Below, in pieces: positions 1 through 9,713 of a stretch of 64,000 nt of DNA. The notes below the pieces were generated by a model. It was given only the letters and a program-made list of their open reading frames with translations, was not told the origin of the DNA and searched no databases. The translations under genes were made by a program, and so were the position numbers. Position 1 is the first letter of the stretch; each line of letters begins with the position of its first letter. This stretch comes from an uncultured Bacillota bacterium. Its GTDB lineage: Bacteria > Bacillota > DTU025 > MWDF01. The stretch covers positions 160,001-224,000 of the forward strand of contig CAWGMK010000010.1 in assembly GCA_963823655.1 (NCBI GenBank). The letters are read 5' to 3'.

Positions 1-1002
1 GATATGTTGGACAATGACGGACACGGCACGCATGTCGCAGGAATAATCGGTGCCACAGCCGATAACGGTATTGGCATATCAGGCGTCGTCGGTGCGATTA
101 CCCTGCTTCCTGTAAAGGTGATGGACTTCAACGGATTCGTGACTACAGGGACATTAAGCAGCGTATCCAGGGGAGTAAGGCTTGCCACCGACAACGGCGC
201 CGATGTCATAAATTTGAGCCTGGGCTGGCCGCTTATGTTCGCAGACTTCACTTTCAGGCTACTTAAAGAGGCGATAGATTACGCCGATTCGCACGGCGTG
301 GCAGTGATTGCGGCGTCTGGCAACAACGGTTCTGACACGAATCTGACTATGCCGGCGAAGTACTCGAAGTGCTTCGCGGTATCGGCGGTGGATCCATACC
401 TGTATGTGGCGGCTTACTCGAACACCGGGCCGGGGGCAGATGTATTCGGGCCTGGAGGAGGGGGAGGCTTTGACGGCGTGCTTAGCACTGTGCCTTATGC
501 CAAGTATCCTTCAGGTTACATAAAAATGTCCGGAACATCGATGGCTACGCCTCATCTGTCCGGCGTATTCGCAGCCCTCATGTCCGCGGGGATGGATAAA
601 GAGGAGGCAAAGGACGCAATTTCGTCTTCCTCCCAGTTTATCGAGGGTGAGGATATCGGGTTTGTTAACGCATATGCTGCGCTTTCCGGCGCAAGGGGCA
701 GCAGGGCGCTCTTCTGGCTGTGCGATGACGTGGGCGAGCCGCTAAGCTACGCTTTTAGGGGATCGGACGGCTCGCGGGATATGACTGTCTTCGGCGACTA
801 TTCAGGGCACGCATGGCTTTGCGGCTGGGTTCCGGTCTCCGGGGCCGATGCGCCGGTGCAGGGAGACTTCTTCGGAATCGAGGAAGTATTCGTTTCAGCG
901 GATGGGGTATCAGGACTGCCTTCGATCTTCCAGCTCAAGTACTTCGACCTGGAGGACGATGGGCCGCTAGTGGTTAAATCGGTGCCGCCTGAATGGAATT
1001 AG
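1..1002 (+). CDS. Subtilisin-like S8 serine protease, 5'-truncated by window edge
   Basis: HGTHVAG (catalytic His), AASGN oxyanion motif, GTSMATPH (catalytic Ser); C-terminal domain shared with the next gene. Confidence 0.92.
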   Translation, partial: DMLDNDGHGTHVAGIIGATADNGIGISGVVGAITLLPVKVMDFNGFVTTGTLSSVSRGVRLATDNGADVINLSLGWPLMFADFTFRLLKEAIDYADSHGVAVIAASGNNGSDTNLTMPAKYSKCFAVSAVDPYLYVAAYSNTGPGADVFGPGGGGGFDGVLSTVPYAKYPSGYIKMSGTSMATPHLSGVFAALMSAGMDKEEAKDAISSSSQFIEGEDIGFVNAYAALSGARGSRALFWLCDDVGEPLSYAFRGSDGSRDMTVFGDYSGHAWLCGWVPVSGADAPVQGDFFGIEEVFVSADGVSGLPSIFQLKYFDLEDDGPLVVKSVPPEWN

Positions 1003-1072
1003 GGTGGCCGTGTCGAACAAACGGTATGATTAGGCGTCATTAAACATATCTGGACGATTTGGGGGGCCGACT

Positions 1073-2921
1073 ATGAAGAAATATTTGGCATTGGCCGCGG
1101 TTGCAGCCTTGATGCTGTCGCTATCCGGCTGTTTCGAAACGACAACATTCAGTCTTCAGATCGCAGGTGTCGTTACGGAATTCGGTTCATCGACGGCAAT
1201 TTCGGGGGTCACTGCGACAGCTACCGTTCAGGGCAAGTTTGGAAGCTGGCAGGACGTAACAGACCTTTCCGGAGGGTATTCCATTTCGCTAACGGGCTTA
1301 AGCGTAGGATCTGTGATTACAGTGGCCTTCGCGCATCCTGACTATATTCAGGATTCGGCGACCTTTACGAGGTCTTCAGGCGGAACCTATGTGCTTAACA
1401 TGGCCCTGACCGAGGAATTCACAGGGGCCACCGTTGAGGGCTATGCATCGCTCATGAACCTGGTACCTCCGGCGTCATCGGTATCCAGTGCAGTGAGGAT
1501 AGGGGCAAAAACGCAGAAGACGCCCGTGGTCCCGGAGGCAACAGAGGTCATACTTGCGCCCAAGGCGGGGGTGCGCATTGACAAGATAAACACTTTCCTC
1601 GCTGCAAACAATACGAAGTCAATTAAGACTTCCTTCGAACGCGGCTACTTGGTAGTGCCTGTGCCTGAAGGAAAGGATATTGACGAATTCATTAAGAAGA
1701 TCGAGGATGCCGGCATCGCAAGATATGTCGAGGCAAATGACTGGGCGGTCATAAACTCGTTCTGGGAGCCGCAAGACGACTATTTCCTCACTACGCAGTG
1801 GAATATGTTCGCCACCAGCATGCCATATGTCTGGGACATGGCTGATTTCGGCGCTGCCACAATTATCGCGGTGCTCGATACAGGAATTCTCTGCGGCCCA
1901 TCCTGACCTTGCGGGCAGGACGCTTACCGCTTTGGATACGATATATGAGCCAAGCGGCACGTTGGATGTGCATGGGCACGGCACCCATGTTACCGGGATA
2001 ATAGCCTCAATCATCGACAACAGCCAGTATATGGCGGGCATGAGCAATAAATCGGCACTGGTGTTGCCAGTAAAAGTACTGGGAGACAGCGGCGCAGGAG
2101 ACGCTGATTCTATCGCAGACGGAATCGATGCGGCAGTGGCAGCCGGAGCCGATATCATAAGCATGAGCCTGGGATACGGTGACGCGTCCCAGGCAGTTGA
2201 TAGTGGAGCAATCGAACGATGCCGTTGAGCTGCCGGTGTGACGATTGTGGCGGCGGCGGGAAACGCAGCGAAATGGCAGGTGGACTTCCCGGCTAACAAT
2301 CCAAATGTAATAGCTGTCTCGGCCGTAAGGCCCGATTTCACATCATCCGACTTTACAAATTACGGCTCGGAAGTAGATATCGCAGCTCCAGGAGGAAATC
2401 TTACTCCGCCATACCTAGGCGTGTGGAGCCTCTACCCTTCTGCCAAGGGGATGGTTGGTGAGTTGGCCGGAACGTCTCAGGCAACCCCTCATGTGGCTGC
2501 GCTGCTTGCGATGCTGATGCAGCAGGGGTACAGCAAGAACGCGGCAATCGACATGATGGGAAAGACTGCCCAGTATAATGACAGAGACCCGCTTTATTTC
2601 GGCGACGGGATTATCAACGCGCATGCAGCCCTAAACCAGCTAACCATGGATAAGGCGGTCTTCTGGCTGGCGGACATTTCTTCAGGCGATGCGGTTACAA
2701 GCCTGTACTTAGGCAGCATAGACCGCAGCTTTGAAGTACCCTTTGAGGAGGCACCGGGTGATTATTATCTTGCAGGCTGGGTTGACACCGATGCGAGCAA
2801 CACAATAAACGACGGCGACTATTACGGCTATGAGGAAGTCACTATAAGTCCAGCGGGGCTTCACACTGGCTCACGTACTGGAACTTGGGCTTATACAGCA
2901 CTTCAGGGCCCAGCTCAATAA
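1073..2921 (+). CDS. S8 serine protease lipoprotein, broken into 3 ORFs by indels (~1890, ~2220)
   Basis: Lipobox LSGC; IAVLDTGI (Asp) in ORF 1073-1906, HGTHVTG in 1827-2228, AAAGN and GTSQATPH in 2238-2921. Confidence 0.88.
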
Positions 2922-2997
2922 AGCAGAGACTTCTAATTGCTCCCGATTTTGCAGCTCCCAGTAAAGTAAGCCAAATCTGGGCACATTCAAGCTTGAG

Positions 2998-3032
2998 GCC
3001 GGGCCCGCCTGCAAAGGCGAGCCCGGCGTTTT
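2998..3032 (+). terminator. Rho-independent terminator after S8 genes
   Basis: GCCGGGCCCGCC-tgcaaa-GGCGAGCCCGGC hairpin followed by GTTTT. Confidence 0.75.
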
Positions 3033-3109
3033 GCTAAAGGGGAGCAGGCGAACGTGTTATAAACCCATTCCATCAAACCCGCAGTTAATGTATAATCTTT
3101 ATGTTATGC

Positions 3110-3186
3110 GGAGGCGTGGTGTAGTGGTCCAACATGCCTGCCTGTCACGCAGGAGACCGCGGGTTCGACTCCCGTCGCTTCCGCCA
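3110..3186 (+). tRNA. tRNA-Asp (GTC)
   Basis: Acceptor GGAGGCG/CGCTTCC, anticodon arm CCTGC-CTGTCAC-GCAGG, TTCGA T-loop, encoded CCA; TATAAT at 3091-3096. Confidence 0.97.
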
Positions 3187-3276
3187 ATAACTTGATCTGG
3201 ATCGAAAGATAATGCATGGATGAAGAGCCAAATATTGCGGAAGCGTCGCAGTAAGGGCTATAATATTTCCTGCCGA

Positions 3277-3351
3277 GCGGATGTAGCCCAGTGGTAGGGC
3301 AATGGCTTCCCAAGCCATGTGTCGCGGGTTCGAATCCCGTCATCCGCTCCA
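3277..3351 (+). tRNA. tRNA-Gly (CCC)
   Basis: Acceptor GCGGATG/CATCCGC, anticodon arm ATGGC-TTCCCAA-GCCAT, TTCGAAT, CCA; TTGCGG-18-TATAAT promoter upstream (3235-3264). Confidence 0.97.
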
Positions 3352-3540
3352 TTTTTATGCCCAGCTAAAGCTCACTAATGAATTCCATACTGTATTGCAT
3401 AAGCGCCTAGAAAAAGCACACCAAAACCACACCATCAAATATAATGCCTGCAAAACAGGCGTTTGAACTATTGCGAATTAGGCACGATTTTGAGAGGATT
3501 ATTATTGCCAAACTTGACCAGCTCCAGATTTAGGTCCAGC

Positions 3541-4238
3541 TTAAGGTTTGGGTTCCATAGGCTCGAAAACAGACGATATTCCAGCAGCACTTGGGAGTGG
3601 CGAGACAATTTCGAAGTAAGCCCCTTTGTCAGTTATTGTTGAACCCTCTGTAAAATCAAATTGGTAGAACGATGTACCGCTTGGCTTCTTCTGGTATCCA
3701 ATAACACCAATTACAAAATCGAACTGAACGAGTTGCTCAGTAGTATCAATCCTGTAACAAAGGGTGAAACTAAAGGTTTTTCCTTTTGATGACTCAGACC
3801 AAAAATTAGGTAACATTGATGAGTGTAGCCACTCATTCGTTGTTGTGTCATAGGAAATATTATCTCTTGACAATACTGTGCAGTATTGGGCTTCTTTCGA
3901 GGGAATTATTGTGGCAGGAGTGGGCTTTTTGTTATAGGCATCAATATAGTTTACACTGGCAGGAACAATAGGATGTCTGGAGCCAAACAAATCGGTATAA
4001 ACACAATTGTCCCAAAGGATTTTTATTGCTGAAGTGCTAACGTTGGCAAGTTGAAATTTGATTGTACTCCCGATGCTTGTAAAAGTTAACTCGATTTCCT
4101 CATTATTGAAGGTTTTGCCGGAGACCCATCTAGGGGCAACAAAATCCATCCATACTGATTTGTAAATTCGAGTGAAGTGCAACCACTCAAGGATACAAGA
4201 GCAACTACGGCCAACATAACAACTAATAGCCTTTTCAT
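3541..4238 (-). CDS. Hypothetical lipoprotein (frameshift near the 5' end)
   Basis: ATG 4238 gives MKRLLVVMLAVVALVSLSGC (lipobox), which must shift frame into ORF 3541-4182. Confidence 0.65.
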
Positions 4239-4437
4239 TGAACGCCCTCCAATATCTGCGCTAGTTCTTTCAGCCTAATCTCCAGGTTTCCTTCGACACT
4301 CCGAAGATCCGAGCCATAGCCCTTGCTGACTTTTACTTATTGACCTCTATACTTTCTTCGAGCATGAGAATAGAGGCTGCGAACCTACAAGCTTGGCGCT
4401 CTTCCAAGGAGTCCGAAACTATGCTGCTCATTCGCAT
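4235..4437 (-). pseudogene. C-terminal remnant of ImmA/IrrE-family (DUF955) metallopeptidase
   Basis: Manual translation EERQACRFAASILM...ARIFGVSKE...IRLKEL matches the E-x2-A-x2-FA-x2-L-M and FGVS tail of ImmA; internal stop and frameshift. Confidence 0.6.
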
Positions 4438-4708
4438 TACTTGTTGCTGTTCTGGGACTTGAGGTACTCAAGGGGGATTTGGATGAGTATTTCCCCTGCA
4501 TGGTAGTATGATTTCGCTGTAAGAAGGAGTTATCCTGCAATTGAGATAGTTGTATCAATCTAAAACCAGGAAGGGGAAGTATAGGGCAGTGTCAAGAATC
4601 CTTTGTACATTGATAGCCGCTTGGCATCCGGAAGTCAACTTATGAGAGCTTCATCAGAGGCGTCCTCCGGATTGTAGATATGCTCGGTACTCATGTAGAG
4701 CTTGTTGC

Positions 4709-4757
4709 CCCAAGCCATGTGTAGCGGGTTCGAATTCCATCATCCGTTCCATTTTTA
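4709..4757 (+). repeat. attR-like copy of the tRNA-Gly 3' half
   Basis: cccaagccatgtgtagcgggttcgaattccatcatccgttccattttta, 45/49 identical to 3309-3357. Confidence 0.9.
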
Positions 4758-4792
4758 CCTCGGTTGAACACCAATTGCCCTCAGATTGAGGA

Positions 4793-5923
4793 CTAGCCGA
4801 TAAAAGCAGCTATCGCCCCCGCGACAGTTTCGATTTCATCATCGGTCATATATGCATGCATCGGCAGCGACAGTACGCGCCTTGATGCCTCAATGGAGTT
4901 TTCAAGAGAGACTAACGGCGGCTTTTGCCCGGAAATCGCCTTTTGCTGATGCATCGGTATAGGATAGTAAATCATCGAAGGAATGTCCCTTGCGCCAAGG
5001 AAAGCCTTAAGCCCATCCCTGGTCTTATTGTCTTCCAACAAGATCGTGTATTGGGCCCAGCTAGAGCCGAAGCCCTCAGGTACAATAGGAATGCCCACTT
5101 TGCCTTTCAACAGCTGGGAGTACTTATCTGCCACTATATTGACGCGGTTGATCTCGAAATCCTTAAAAGCCTTCAGTTTCTGAATCAGTATTGCCGCCTG
5201 CATTGTGTCGAGCCTGGAATTCAGTCCGACATTTATATTGTCGTACTGGTCCTCGACGGACCTTCCCAGGGCTCTCATCGATCTAAGCAGGTTGGCTATA
5301 TCCTCGGAGTCGGTGAATATGGCCCCGCCGTCGCCGTAACAGCCCAATGGTTTATTAGGGAAGAAGGAAGTTGTGGATATGTCGCCAAAGGAGCATGCCA
5401 TCTGCCCACCTATAGATCCTCCGAAGCCCTGGGCTCCGTCTTCCAGCACATTAAGGCCGTATCTGTCGGCGATTTCACGGATTTTCCTGTAATCAGCCGG
5501 CAGGCCGAAAAGGTCAACTGCCAGTATCACCCGTGGCCTCAACCTGCCTTCGCGGACTACTTCCGCAATTGCTGCCTCCAGAGAATCCGGATCCATATTG
5601 AACGTATCCAGGTCGATGTCCACGAACACCGGCTCTGCACCCCTAACCAGGATGCAGGTAACGGATGCAAAACAGGTAAAATCGGGGACGAACACAGCAT
5701 CACCGAGGCCTACGTTCCAGGCCATAAGCGACAATATAAGCGCATCCGTGCCGTTGGCGCAGCTTATGCAGTGTCTGCTATTCGTGAAGACTTTAAGCTC
5801 ATCCTCGAACTGGCCGACTTGCGGACCCAGGATGTACTGGCTATCCGTCATAGCAGTCGACATCGCCATATCTATATCGCCCTTAAGGGCAAGATATTGC
5901 CTTTTCAAATCCCGAAATAGCAC
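4793..5923 (-). CDS. DegT/DnrJ/EryC1/StrS sugar aminotransferase (WbpE-like)
   Basis: ANGTDAL, EDGAQGFG, SFFPNKPLGCYGDGG (PLP Lys), NSRLDTMQAA, LSLPMH. Confidence 0.93.
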   Translation of the reverse strand: MLFRDLKRQYLALKGDIDMAMSTAMTDSQYILGPQVGQFEDELKVFTNSRHCISCANGTDALILSLMAWNVGLGDAVFVPDFTCFASVTCILVRGAEPVFVDIDLDTFNMDPDSLEAAIAEVVREGRLRPRVILAVDLFGLPADYRKIREIADRYGLNVLEDGAQGFGGSIGGQMACSFGDISTTSFFPNKPLGCYGDGGAIFTDSEDIANLLRSMRALGRSVEDQYDNINVGLNSRLDTMQAAILIQKLKAFKDFEINRVNIVADKYSQLLKGKVGIPIVPEGFGSSWAQYTILLEDNKTRDGLKAFLGARDIPSMIYYPIPMHQQKAISGQKPPLVSLENSIEASRRVLSLPMHAYMTDDEIETVAGAIAAFIG

Positions 5924-6212
5924 TTGAATTGCTCCCTATCGTACGGCAGGAAAGCTTCTCATTTGCTTCGCGCCGTTTTCTATCCATCATAACAGGGTAT
6001 GCCCCCAAGACTTGAAACAAGCACGGAGGCATACGAGTACGCTATCGAATTGCATTCTGGATAATGTTGAATAACCGTAATAAGCGGGTGTGTTCAGCAA
6101 ATCCAAAGGTTGTGGATCCATCTGTCGCGAAGCAAAAACCTCAACCATCACTCATTCAGGTAGCTGAATTATCAGCGGCATCCTGGCCGAAAGCCAACCC
6201 TGGTTACAATCC

Positions 6213-6671
6213 TCAGGCCAGCTGAGCTCTGCCAAGGTCAAGGCATAATTCAATTTGCTGCCTGGCATCTGCCGCAGAATTTGAATCTGCTGTCTCCGAC
6301 GTGCAATGCGTATTTTCCGAATTTTCCACGTTGGAGCTTTCCAGCTCCTTCAGGTACTGCCAGCCCTTGCGCCTTATCAGGGCGCATGCGCTCGTTTCGC
6401 AGCTGCCGTTCAGTATAAGCTCGTCCTCTTCCAGCACTGCTAGTGCACATGATAAAGTCTCTCTATCAAGGCCCATGCTCTCGGCCATAGGAATCAAATC
6501 GATAAGCTTTGAGCTCTTGAATTCATCCTGCTTTTCGGATAGCCCTCTGAGGATATCGTCGCAAAGTCCCCTAGTAATTTTCTGCATAATTCGCCCTCCA
6601 ACTTGAACTATTAAAACATAGATTAATGAGAAAGCAAAGACGAAATATGCTATGGAATCCATAGCTATCAA
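6213..6671 (-). CDS. Hypothetical protein with N-terminal TM helix
   Basis: 152-aa ORF with hydrophobic N-terminus; no family recognised. Confidence 0.5.
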   Translation of the reverse strand: MIAMDSIAYFVFAFSLIYVLIVQVGGRIMQKITRGLCDDILRGLSEKQDEFKSSKLIDLIPMAESMGLDRETLSCALAVLEEDELILNGSCETSACALIRRKGWQYLKELESSNVENSENTHCTSETADSNSAADARQQIELCLDLGRAQLA

Positions 6672-6917
6672 CGATAGCCAATATTTGTAAGTCTCTATTT
6701 AGAGTATATGGCGCTTAGCAGGGATGAAGCCTCAATTAATCCTGTTTATCACTAAGGCCCGTAAACGGTTCCCCATCGTACTTCAAGCCATGGTTTCTTC
6801 CCCGCCCTTTCCTTGGGGGCATGTCTTCATCTGGCATAGTATGCCGAGGGAAATAGAGGTATATTGATGCGGACAGCGAATAACACATTAAATAGTGAAC
6901 AATTAAGGGGTGATAAT

Positions 6918-7046
6918 ATGGGAAAGAATAAGAAAGAACAGAAGCAGAAGGCTAAGCCCAAGCCGGTAGTGCAGGCTATGTCTGTGAAGGACGTCCTCGA
7001 GAAGCCGAGGGTCGGAAACCCGGAAAAGGGACAGAAGGGCAAGTAG
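6918..7046 (+). CDS. Small Lys-rich protein (42 aa)
   Basis: RBS AGGGGTG upstream of ATG; MGKNKKEQKQKAKPKP... Confidence 0.5.
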   Translation: MGKNKKEQKQKAKPKPVVQAMSVKDVLEKPRVGNPEKGQKGK

Positions 7047-7353
7047 TAGCCTAAAGCCCGATTGCTGAATAATCACGTCCGTGCTCGGCAGGTCCGGCAA
7101 GAATAATTATGGCCAGCATCGAGAAATGTAACAGAGCAATAGCGACAATAGCGGCCAATAACCGGGTATCCCGGATCATGCGAGTGGGGAGCCCGGTTGC
7201 CCATATAAATGCGGATAATAAGGAAGAAAGCCAGAAAAGCCGGTAAATTGGAGAGCTGAGCCTAGAAATAGTTCGATAACCATAGTTTCTCCATGAATTC
7301 TTAACAAACTGTGTGTAACATTATCCATGTATCACATATAAGGAGGCTGGAAC

Positions 7354-8037
7354 ATGAAAAGAGCTCATTTATTGGTAATAATCCTGACAATGGTTATGAT
7401 TGCCGGGTTCGCAGCAATAGCCGGAGCATCTGATCAGCCGGGAGCTGCACCTATGTCGGCGCCAAAAGCGATGACTATGGAAGGGCCCAAGGCAATGGCT
7501 GCAGAGGGACCCAAGGGCATAGAGCAGATGATAGCCGAAAGCCAGATCAGGCCCATGGAGATACTCGTCAAGGTTTCCGGAAAGAGCCCTGAGCAGGTCA
7601 AGATGCTCGTTATGCATAAGGGCATGTGGGCCGCCGCGCAGCAGCTTAAGGCCGCTGACGCCCTGGTCACGGCCGTGGTACAGAAGAGGTTCGCGATGAT
7701 AGATTTCCTGGTAGCCAAAAACAAGATAGGCCTTAAGCAGGCATTGCTTGTCAAGATGGCGTTCTTGCGCCGCGTCATGACGCTGGTTTCCGAAAAACAA
7801 ATGGGCCAGGGGATGATGGGTGGCATGATGTCGAAGGCAGGGTGCAATTGCCAGATGATGGAGGCCGAAGGTTCTGGCATGATGGGCAAGGGCATGGGAG
7901 ACGGCGCCAAGGCAGGAGAAGGTAAAATGGGCCGGTCTCAGGAAACCGAAACAACTGCAGCGCCCGAAGGCGACAAGCCTGAGGTAGCGAAGCCCGAAAC
8001 AGCAGTTCCCGTGACTGCTCCTGAACACCAGCACTAG
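7354..8037 (+). CDS. Secreted Met-rich hypothetical protein
   Basis: AAGGAGG RBS, signal peptide, Met/Gly-rich segments, C-terminal EHQH. Confidence 0.75.
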   Translation: MKRAHLLVIILTMVMIAGFAAIAGASDQPGAAPMSAPKAMTMEGPKAMAAEGPKGIEQMIAESQIRPMEILVKVSGKSPEQVKMLVMHKGMWAAAQQLKAADALVTAVVQKRFAMIDFLVAKNKIGLKQALLVKMAFLRRVMTLVSEKQMGQGMMGGMMSKAGCNCQMMEAEGSGMMGKGMGDGAKAGEGKMGRSQETETTAAPEGDKPEVAKPETAVPVTAPEHQH

Positions 8038-8058
8038 AGGCAATCGAGCAGAAATTGC

Positions 8059-8090
8059 GGCAGCCCGTCCTTGAGGATGGGCTGCCATTT
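8059..8090. terminator. Hairpin terminator between convergent genes
   Basis: GGCAGCCCGTCC-ttga-GGATGGGCTGCC followed by ATTT. Confidence 0.7.
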
Positions 8091-8094
8091 GCTT

Positions 8095-8349
8095 TCTATA
8101 AATTGCGGTTTCGGGACTGCCTAGGACATCAACTGCAAACAGAATCCGCCCATCGGGCAGCTTCTCCACAGACAGTCTTCGCTTTTTGTCATCAGCCAGT
8201 TTCCTGACGTGTTCAACCGCTTCTTCATTTTCGACGGTGACCACTACAGGTTTACCGCCCGAAATTGCCAAGGCACGCCTGACAATTGAAATCAGCAACG
8301 GTTTCTCAAGTCCGCAGGCGTCCACTTCAACTTAATTCATAGATGCCAT
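8095..8349 (-). CDS. TusA/SirA-like small protein (ends blurred by indels)
   Basis: VEVDACGLEKPLLISIVRRAL...VVVTVENEEAVEHVRKLA resembles the TusA fold pattern. Confidence 0.5.
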
Positions 8350-8381
8350 CCTTTTTAACAGGAATTTGCCCTTGTAACATA

Positions 8382-9495
8382 CTACTTCTTCAGGAATGAG
8401 CCCAGTAAGCCGCCCAAATCATCCATTACATTGCCGTCATCATCGGAATCCAGCAGTTTGGATGCCATATCCATAATGCCTCCTCCGCCGAGCTGATTTC
8501 ATTGAACCTGCAAGTGTTGAAGTAAGGCCGGCTACTCCGTCCGCATCGAGGTTCTGCTTCTTCTTCTGCTGTCCGAGCATTCCGAGCACCAGGGGCGCGA
8601 ACTGCGTCAGCAGCCCTGATACCTGGTTCGGGTCCAAACCTGTCTGTTTTGCGAGCTTGGTCTGCACTTTTTCGTTCTTGTCCGCGAAGACATGGCTCAA
8701 TATTTTGGCGCCGTCATTCCTGTCTACTTTGCCGAAAAAGCCCATAAGATCATCCACGCCGTCGTCCTGGTGGTTATCAAGCGCCTTAGCAAGGGATGCG
8801 GCGCCAGTACTGGTGCTGGCGTTTCTGCTGAGCGCCTGAAGTATTGCCGGCAAGCCCAGCTGTGCCACCTGTTGTGCCTGATTCGAGCTTACCCCCACCG
8901 ACTTTCCGAGGTTTCCGAGGGCATCGGAGCCGAGAAGGTTTTTTATATTGTCCATGATGTCACCGTCGCCGTCGGAATCCAGCAGCCTTGTGACCTGGCC
9001 GAGTATGTTGCTCCCGCCGGACTGATTTAGCGAACCCAGAAGGGAGGAAGCCAAACCGGCTACGCCACTAGCATCCACGCCCTGTTTCTTCTTCTGTTGG
9101 CCGAGGAAGCCGAGAATCAGGGGGGCGAATTGAGTCATAAGGCTCATTATCTGGTTCAGGTCCAAACCTGTCTGTTTGGCCAGGTTCGTCTGCACCTTCG
9201 TGTTCTTGTCCGCAAAGACGTGGTTGAGGATCTTCGCGCCGTCGTTCTTATCTACTTTGCTGAAGAAGCCTGCAATGTCGTCGATATCATCGTTTTGGTG
9301 GTCATCAAGCGCCCTGGCAAGGGAGCTTGCACCCTCGGCGGTACTTGCGTTACGGTTTAAGGCTTGGAGTATGGCCGGCAGGCCCAATTGGGCCGCTTTC
9401 TGCACTTTCGAGGGGTCCGCACCGACCGCTTTGCCCAGCTGGTTCAACGCGCCGGAGCTGCCAAGCTGCGAAGTCAAAAGCTCTAGAATGTCCAT
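8382..9495 (-). CDS. DUF937-family protein with two tandem copies of the domain (frameshift ~8490)
   Basis: Duplicated LPAILQAL...GASSLARALDDHQ...DGAKILNHVF; LDSDGDGD motifs; AGGAGG RBS before ATG 9495. Confidence 0.85.
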
Positions 9496-9713
9496 AATGG
9501 CTACCTCCTGTCTTTGATTACAGTCTAACACCGCTGGCAACGGCTGTAAAAAGTCCTCTGCCCCATACTGCCCGGCTCACCGGCCGCTCCAGGGCTAGCT
9601 TTCAGGTTGATTTTGCAGAAAAGTCCTGTAAATATAGATGAATTATTCCTTAAGGAAACGTCCGGATGTTAAAATCGTTTAGTAAGTATCAGATTTCGCC
9701 GGAGGTGTTGGCC

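Larger units (their letters stand above)
3309..4757. mobile_element. Decayed integrative element (prophage/ICE remnant) at tRNA-Gly
   Basis: 49-bp direct repeats 3309-3357 and 4709-4757 (4 mismatches) corresponding to the tRNA 3' half; interior visibly AT-richer; ImmA remnant inside; no integrase left. Confidence 0.8.

Noticed and set aside
2226-2228. In-frame TGA in the second S8 gene as possible selenocysteine
   Set aside because: The surrounding AIERCR*AAG is better explained by compensating insertions in an AI(N/D)DAVAAG-like helix; not a redox site, and no convincing SECIS.
3104-3352. 82-aa minus-strand ORF
   Set aside because: Antisense translation of the two tRNA genes.
4709-4757. 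A second tRNA-Gly gene
   Set aside because: Only the 3' half is present, with no D-arm or 5' acceptor strand; it is an att repeat.
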